A stretch of 64,000 bases of DNA from positions 3,200,001 through 3,264,000 of the forward strand of contig OZ240248.1 of NCBI GenBank assembly GCA_965198235.1. Reading direction: 5' to 3'. The notes under the pieces are model-generated. The model ran no database searches. It saw only the letters and a program-made list of their open reading frames with translations, and was not told where the DNA came from. This document shows, one piece after another, positions 58,372 through 64,000 of this stretch (its first letter is position 1; every line of letters begins with the position of its first letter). The DNA is from Candidatus Poribacteria bacterium (lineage in GTDB: Bacteria > Poribacteria > WGA-4E > WGA-3G). The translations under genes were made by a program, and so were the position numbers.

Positions 58372-58959
58372 ATGGACATTTTGCATAGCATTCGCGATGC
58401 GTTGTTAGAAGCGCAAAACGTGCTTGATCGGTTTATCCGAAACCCTGAGAATATCGCGACCATCGCGGAAACCGCAGAGTTGATACGAGATGTATTTGAA
58501 CGGGAAGGTCGGGTCTTTACCTGTGGGAATGGTGGAAGTTTGTGCGATGCGATCCATTTTGCTGAGGAGTGCACAGGTAAGTTTCGGGGTGATCGACAGC
58601 CGCTTCCAGCAATCGCGCTCGGGGATGCGGGTCACATCACCTGCACGGCGAACGATTTCGGATTCTCGGAGATCTTCGCGCGTCCGCTGTTGGCACTCGG
58701 ACACCCTGGAGACCTGCTTGTTGTACTCTCAACCAGCGGAAATTCTGAAAATGTCGTCCGTGCGGCAGTGGCAGCGAAATCTCGTGGGATGAGAGTGTTC
58801 GGGTTGTTGGGTAGAGATGGTGGTAGTCTTAAGCAACATTGTGATATTTATCTTATTGCTCCCGGAGACACCGCAGATCGCATTCAGGAAATCCACATTA
58901 AAGTCCTCCACATTCTCATCGAACAGGTCGAACGGTTAATGTTCCCGAAGAATTATTGA
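58372..58959 (+). CDS. gmhA: D-sedoheptulose 7-phosphate isomerase
   Basis: CGNGGS..DA.HFAEE, STSGNS.NV, ADRIQEIH. Confidence 0.93.
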   Translation: MDILHSIRDALLEAQNVLDRFIRNPENIATIAETAELIRDVFEREGRVFTCGNGGSLCDAIHFAEECTGKFRGDRQPLPAIALGDAGHITCTANDFGFSEIFARPLLALGHPGDLLVVLSTSGNSENVVRAAVAAKSRGMRVFGLLGRDGGSLKQHCDIYLIAPGDTADRIQEIHIKVLHILIEQVERLMFPKNY

Positions 58960-59099
58960 GAAGGTCCCTTCAGTTTGCCGGTCTACCTGACTTAGGTTAT
59001 TGAATGTCCTAGTTCAAACCCAAATTAACTTGACCCAAGTCGTAAAGATATGATATTGTGTCCGGACCGTATGAGGATTTTAATGACGAGGATGAAAGA

Positions 59100-60719
59100 A
59101 TGAGAAGTTTTGGAACCCAAGGCAGTGTGCGTCCTGAGCGGCACTATGTTGTCCCGCGCACCGAGGAGATCTCAGATTTCGTCAGTCGCGTCAAAGATGG
59201 CAAGTATATCGTCCTTTTTGCACCGCGCCAAACCGGCAAAACCACCTTCTTCCGATTGGCACTTAACGCACTCACCGCTGAAGATCCAACCTATTTTCCC
59301 ATTCAATTGGATTTCCAAACGATGCGCAATGCCACGCCTCCCACTTTTTACGAGCATCTTTACTACCTAATTTGCATGCAAATTCAGAGTGTTTTCCAAG
59401 GACGTGGCAGCGTGCCTTCTGAGGCGTTAACGCAATTTCTGGCGAACACAACGCTAACCGATCATCTTTCGATGATAAGGTTCTTGGAATACCTTGGAAG
59501 TTTGCTGGACAGCGACTCCCACAAGCAGGTGCCTGCTTTCAAGAGGGTTATACTCCTCATTGACGAATTTGATGGTATCCCACAAACCGTCGTTAGCGAT
59601 TTTCTGTATTCACTCCGCCAGATTTACCTCTCTGATGAGATGCAATGTCCTCACAGTGTAGGCATCGTGGGAGTCAAGAGTATCGCGCAGCTTGACTACG
59701 ACCGGTCTGTCTCGCCGTTCAATATACAGGATGAATTCCGCTTGCCGAACTTCACCCTTGAACAGGTGCGCGAGCTGCTTTCGCAGTATACCGATGAAGT
59801 CGGCCAAGCCTTCGCGCCAGAAGTCGTCGTTTCTATTCATAAACAGACTGCCGGTCAGCCGGTACTCGTCAATAGGCTCGCGCAAATTCTCACCGAGGAA
59901 TTGGACATTCCGAAAATCGACACGATTACGATGGACCACTTTTCAAAAGCTTATACGCAACTCCTTCGCGGACGGAACACCAACATTGAGCATCTCACAA
60001 CCAATATCCGCAGGGATAGGCGCTTTGAAAAAATCCTGATGAACATCATGTCTTATGAGGAAGGGGTGGATTTCAACTTGCGTGATGCGCTCATTGATGA
60101 ACTCGCTACTTACGGGGTCATCTCCGAAGCGGCTGATGGCATGTGTGAGATTGCCAACCCAATTTATCTGTATTCCATCTTGCAGACGTTTAAGCCGACA
60201 GTGAACGGATTAGAACAGGAGTACTTCCCTGAAAACACCGGCGAGGGATTTCTGGATTACCTCACCCCCACGGGACAGATAGACATGGAACGGCTGCTCA
60301 ATAACTTCCAGGACTTCATTGCCCGGGCAGGTTTCAAGATCCTTGAGGTTCCAGATACGCCGCGAGAGTCCGTAGGGCGGCATCTCCTTCTCACCTATCT
60401 AGATCAGTTTGTTAAACTGGTGGGCGGTGTTATGCACATTGAAGTACAAACCGGACGCGGCAGAATGGATCTCCTCATTACACATAAAGGGTGCAAATAC
60501 ATCGTTGAAACAAAGATTTGGCGAGGTGAAATCCGCTATCAGGTGGGCAAAAAGCAGCTTACCGCATATCTCAAATTGGAGGGTGCCAGGCAGGGATACT
60601 ACGTCGTTTTCGATCATCGAAGAAATCCAGAACCACGAGTAGAGACAGAAAAATTAGACGGGGTAGTACTTCAGAGTTACGTGATTCCTGTAATACAAGA
60701 ACCGCCTTCGGCAGAATAA
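59100..60719 (+). CDS. AAA-like ATPase (AAA_35-type) with C-terminal PD-(D/E)XK nuclease-like domain
   Basis: APRQTGKTT Walker A, LLIDEFD Walker B, SPFNI; C-terminal E...GRGRMDL...IVETK...QL..YL. Confidence 0.82.
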   Translation: MRSFGTQGSVRPERHYVVPRTEEISDFVSRVKDGKYIVLFAPRQTGKTTFFRLALNALTAEDPTYFPIQLDFQTMRNATPPTFYEHLYYLICMQIQSVFQGRGSVPSEALTQFLANTTLTDHLSMIRFLEYLGSLLDSDSHKQVPAFKRVILLIDEFDGIPQTVVSDFLYSLRQIYLSDEMQCPHSVGIVGVKSIAQLDYDRSVSPFNIQDEFRLPNFTLEQVRELLSQYTDEVGQAFAPEVVVSIHKQTAGQPVLVNRLAQILTEELDIPKIDTITMDHFSKAYTQLLRGRNTNIEHLTTNIRRDRRFEKILMNIMSYEEGVDFNLRDALIDELATYGVISEAADGMCEIANPIYLYSILQTFKPTVNGLEQEYFPENTGEGFLDYLTPTGQIDMERLLNNFQDFIARAGFKILEVPDTPRESVGRHLLLTYLDQFVKLVGGVMHIEVQTGRGRMDLLITHKGCKYIVETKIWRGEIRYQVGKKQLTAYLKLEGARQGYYVVFDHRRNPEPRVETEKLDGVVLQSYVIPVIQEPPSAE

Positions 60720-60808
60720 AAGGACGAATATGGGAACCCTCACTCGCAAAATACGAAACAACTTGTAGAAGTAATCTGTGATTGAAATCCCCTAAGGAGG
60801 GGCAATTT

Positions 60809-61084
60809 ATGGAGTCATCATCGAAAAATAAGGCGTATTGGCGGAAAAATTTGCAATATCTTGCTATTTTACTCGGAATTTGGTTTGTTACTTCGTATTT
60901 ATGCTCAATTGTATTTGTAGATCAGCTGGATAAAATCCAAATCAGGGGCTATCGTCTCGGTTTTTATTTTGCGCAACAGGCTTCAATCTGGGTTTTCGTT
61001 GAACTTATTTTTATCTATGCATGGTTGATGAACCGTTTGGAGAAAAAATATGCAACTCGCGAAGAAGCGGAGGATCCACAATAA
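60809..61084 (+). CDS. DUF4212 small membrane protein (SSS-associated subunit)
   Basis: AYWRKNL, LGFYFAQQ, Y...MNRL; precedes a sodium:solute symporter. Confidence 0.88.
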   Translation: MESSSKNKAYWRKNLQYLAILLGIWFVTSYLCSIVFVDQLDKIQIRGYRLGFYFAQQASIWVFVELIFIYAWLMNRLEKKYATREEAEDPQ

Positions 61085-61086
61085 AC

Positions 61087-62784
61087 ATGAGCGTACAAGT
61101 ATGGACTTTCGTGATGGTGGGACTCTCCTTCGCACTGTATATCGGCGTTGCGCTCTGGTCCAAGGCGCGCTCTACAGGTGACTTCTATGTTGCTGGTAGC
61201 AATGTGCATCCGGTTGTCAACGGGATGGCGACAGCAGCAGATTGGATGAGTGCGGCTTCTTTTATCTCAATGGCAGGTCTTATCTCGTTTATGGGGCGCG
61301 ACGGTTCAGTTTATCTGCTCGGATGGACAGGTGGCTATGTGCTGCTGGCGTTGTTATTGGCACCCTATCTCCGTAAATTCGGGAAGTATACCGTCCCCGA
61401 TTTTGTAGGCGACCGGTATTACTCACAATTGGCTCGGATTGTCGCCGTGGTGTGTGCAATTTTTGTTTCGTTTACCTACGTTGCGGGACAGATGCGCGGT
61501 GTCGGCATCGTCTTTTCACGGTTTCTGAGCGTCAACGTTGAAATCGGTGTCCTGATCGGCATGGGAATTGTGTTCTTTTATGCTGTACTTGGTGGGATGA
61601 AAGGCATTACTTATACACAAGTTGCGCAGTACTGCGTGCTGATTTTTGCGTTTCTCGTTCCTGCGATTTTCATCTCTATCCTTATTACGGGCAACGCTAT
61701 TCCTCAGTTAGGATTGATGGGAAAAGTGGCGGATGGCTCTGGACTCTACCTCCTCGATCGGCTCAACGGTTTGAACGAAGAACTGGGGTTTAACCTGTAT
61801 ACAGATGGAAGTAAAAGTACTATTGATGTCTTTTTTATCACAGCGGCACTGATGTTGGGAACCGCCGGACTTCCGCACGTGATTATCCGATTCTATACCG
61901 TGCGAAAAGCCTCTGAGGCACGGATTTCTGCCGGTTGGGCGTTGTTATTCATCGCGTTTCTCTATACAACAGCACCGGCAGTAGCCGTATTTGCGCGCAC
62001 CAACCTGCTCAAAACTGTCAGGTATGAACAGAATGGCGAATTAACAGATGTCAAGTATGAAGATGTACCCTCGTGGTTTAAGAATTGGGAAGCAACAGGC
62101 CTCATTAAATTCGACGATTTGAACAATGATGGCGCAATCCAGTACCGCGGTCCGAAATCAGATGTACAGAATGAATTGACGATTGATCGAGACATCATGG
62201 TTTTAGCGAACCCTGAGATCGCGAAACTTCCGAACTGGGTTGTGGGATTAGTCGCTGCCGGTGGGTTAGCGGCTGCACTCTCAACTGCGGCCGGCTTACT
62301 ATTGGTCATCTCAACCGCAATAGCGCATGATCTCCTCAAAGGCGCAATTCTGCCGACACTGCAGGAAAAACAGGAATTGACTGCCGCGCGTATTGCAGCG
62401 GGGGTCGCGGTCTGTATCGCTGGGTATTTCGGCATAGATCCACCCGGATTTGTAGCACAAGTCGTTGCGTTTGCCTTTGGTCTCGCGGCGAGTTCGTTCT
62501 TTCCCGCGATTGTCATGGGCATTTTCTCCAAACGCATGAACAAAGCAGGGGCAGTCAGTGGCATGATTGTCGGTATCACCTTTACAGCGGCGTATATCAT
62601 CTATTTTAAGTTTGTCAACCCAGAATTAAACACATCGGAGCATTGGTTATGGGGCATTTCACCGGAAGGGATCGGAACCCTCGGCATGGTGCTAAACTTC
62701 GTTGTCTCTATCGCGGTAGCTTCTCTAACACCACCACCACCGGCTGACGTGCAAGCACTCGTTGATGATATTCGGGTTCCTTAG
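61087..62784 (+). CDS. Sodium:solute symporter (ActP-related, VC_2705 type)
   Basis: NGMATAADWMSAASFISM, GTAGLPHVIIRF, AAALSTAAGLL. Confidence 0.92.
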   Translation: MSVQVWTFVMVGLSFALYIGVALWSKARSTGDFYVAGSNVHPVVNGMATAADWMSAASFISMAGLISFMGRDGSVYLLGWTGGYVLLALLLAPYLRKFGKYTVPDFVGDRYYSQLARIVAVVCAIFVSFTYVAGQMRGVGIVFSRFLSVNVEIGVLIGMGIVFFYAVLGGMKGITYTQVAQYCVLIFAFLVPAIFISILITGNAIPQLGLMGKVADGSGLYLLDRLNGLNEELGFNLYTDGSKSTIDVFFITAALMLGTAGLPHVIIRFYTVRKASEARISAGWALLFIAFLYTTAPAVAVFARTNLLKTVRYEQNGELTDVKYEDVPSWFKNWEATGLIKFDDLNNDGAIQYRGPKSDVQNELTIDRDIMVLANPEIAKLPNWVVGLVAAGGLAAALSTAAGLLLVISTAIAHDLLKGAILPTLQEKQELTAARIAAGVAVCIAGYFGIDPPGFVAQVVAFAFGLAASSFFPAIVMGIFSKRMNKAGAVSGMIVGITFTAAYIIYFKFVNPELNTSEHWLWGISPEGIGTLGMVLNFVVSIAVASLTPPPPADVQALVDDIRVP

Positions 62785-62798
62785 AAGTGGAGGTTTCG

Positions 62799-64000
62799 AT
62801 GAACGCAATATGTTTCTGGCGAAGCAAGGGATGGCACATACAGGGGGTTTCCAAAGTTTACTGTGTGATTCTCCTATTAGTGACGATCACCTTTGCGAGT
62901 GCTGCGGAGGTGGAAGACTTCATACCGAAAGAGAGTATTCTTTATCTGAAACTCCAAGATATAGATGAAGTCTACAGCGAAATTGAGATTTCAGAAAATT
63001 GGGAGGATGCACTTGCGTTGTTACCGGACGTGTCAGACTGGCAGCAGATGCAGCAGGGACTCGCGATGTTACAAGGCATGCTTGGAACTAATCTGCTGGG
63101 CATCATTGAGGCAGTCGGCTACCGAACCGCGTTAGCATTCTGGTTCGATGAGGCCCAGGCCGGCCTTGTGCAACTCGGGCTCGTGATACACTCTGGCGGC
63201 AATCTCGACGAACTCCGGCAGCTAACCAAAATTGTAGAAGGGCTTTTAGGGATGGGCGATGCGAACACCTTACACTTGGATGCAGGTGTATACCAGCGGG
63301 TTCGCTACAACTTGTTAGAAATCAACGGCGAGATTGTTAGATATGGGTTTGTGGATGACTTTCTCGTGCTCGGCGTAGGCGAAGGCAGTTTTGAAAAATT
63401 GTTGGATGTCTACCGCACAGACGCACCTGATGTGCAAGAGAACGAAGAATTTAACAGGGCGTTAGAAAAAATAGGATCCGGAGAAGTGATTGTTTTTGTC
63501 CACATAGACTACGTTTTGAACGTGCTAAGTGGTTTAGATGTGTGGATTCAGACGCGGTTGCCTATTTTTCCCCTTCTATTTGGACGCCTCAATTTGTTGG
63601 AAACAGCACCGCTTCTCCATCTGGGTGTGCAATTTAAACCGGACGCTGCACTTGACAACGAGATCGGGATGTTTTTGAAAGAGGGGTCAAGGCTTGAAAC
63701 TTTAAACGCATTATCCGGTGAAGAAGATCTGTTTGTTGCGGTAGCACCCCAAATTTTGGAGGGTGTATGGGAACTTGTACGCATCCTGATGGCGGAAAAT
63801 CCGGAAGCTGATATCGATGCGGGCATCGCTTTTGTTGAGGGGCTTTTGAATCTCGATCTGGAAGAGGATATTATAGCTGGGTTGACGGGTGAACTTGCTG
63901 TGTCGGTCCCTGACCTCACACGTTTCGATCCGGAAGCTGTGGGTAACATTAATCTTGAATTTGACGGTTCATTTGAATTTGATGCATCTGGCGTAGAGAC
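62799..64000 (+). CDS. Exported hypothetical protein, runs off the window end
   Basis: GGAGG then ATG 62799; reads MNAICFW...VILLLVTITFASAAEVEDFIPKESILYLKL... and appears to stay open to 64000; absent from the ORF track, presumably because it has no stop in the window. Confidence 0.7.
   Translation, partial: MNAICFWRSKGWHIQGVSKVYCVILLLVTITFASAAEVEDFIPKESILYLKLQDIDEVYSEIEISENWEDALALLPDVSDWQQMQQGLAMLQGMLGTNLLGIIEAVGYRTALAFWFDEAQAGLVQLGLVIHSGGNLDELRQLTKIVEGLLGMGDANTLHLDAGVYQRVRYNLLEINGEIVRYGFVDDFLVLGVGEGSFEKLLDVYRTDAPDVQENEEFNRALEKIGSGEVIVFVHIDYVLNVLSGLDVWIQTRLPIFPLLFGRLNLLETAPLLHLGVQFKPDAALDNEIGMFLKEGSRLETLNALSGEEDLFVAVAPQILEGVWELVRILMAENPEADIDAGIAFVEGLLNLDLEEDIIAGLTGELAVSVPDLTRFDPEAVGNINLEFDGSFEFDASGVE

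Overview
This 64 kb window is from a bacterial chromosome. The gene content strongly resembles Candidatus Poribacteria (sponge symbionts), an inference from four PhyH/2OG-Fe(II) dioxygenases, WD40, ankyrin, YCF48-BNR and LamG exoproteins, Uma2 paralogs and C-terminal 'V.P...L.T.W..[IV]K' tails. It holds about 50 CDS: housekeeping genes (thrC, lysC, gmhA), scattered ABC components, an ECF sigma/anti-sigma/RseB-like module, CotH with DUF4956, and a Fur-boxed ferroxidase plus Fe(III)-ABC cluster. It also has tRNA-Asn(GTT), a RelE/ParE-type toxin-antitoxin pair with a HicB-fused antitoxin, a Swt1-HEPN/HEPN/BolA-like/BolA-like cluster, and three decayed secreted-protein genes, two of them beside IS-end scars. 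The intergenic DNA is dense with nested miniature elements. The most unusual signal is a 35-nt hairpin micro-element at 52575-52675 that appears to have inserted three times in nested fashion. Each insertion replaces exactly 2 nt of target (net +33 nt) with no target-site duplication. No CRISPR array, rRNA or intact transposase/integrase was seen. All family assignments are by motif recognition; no database search was run.
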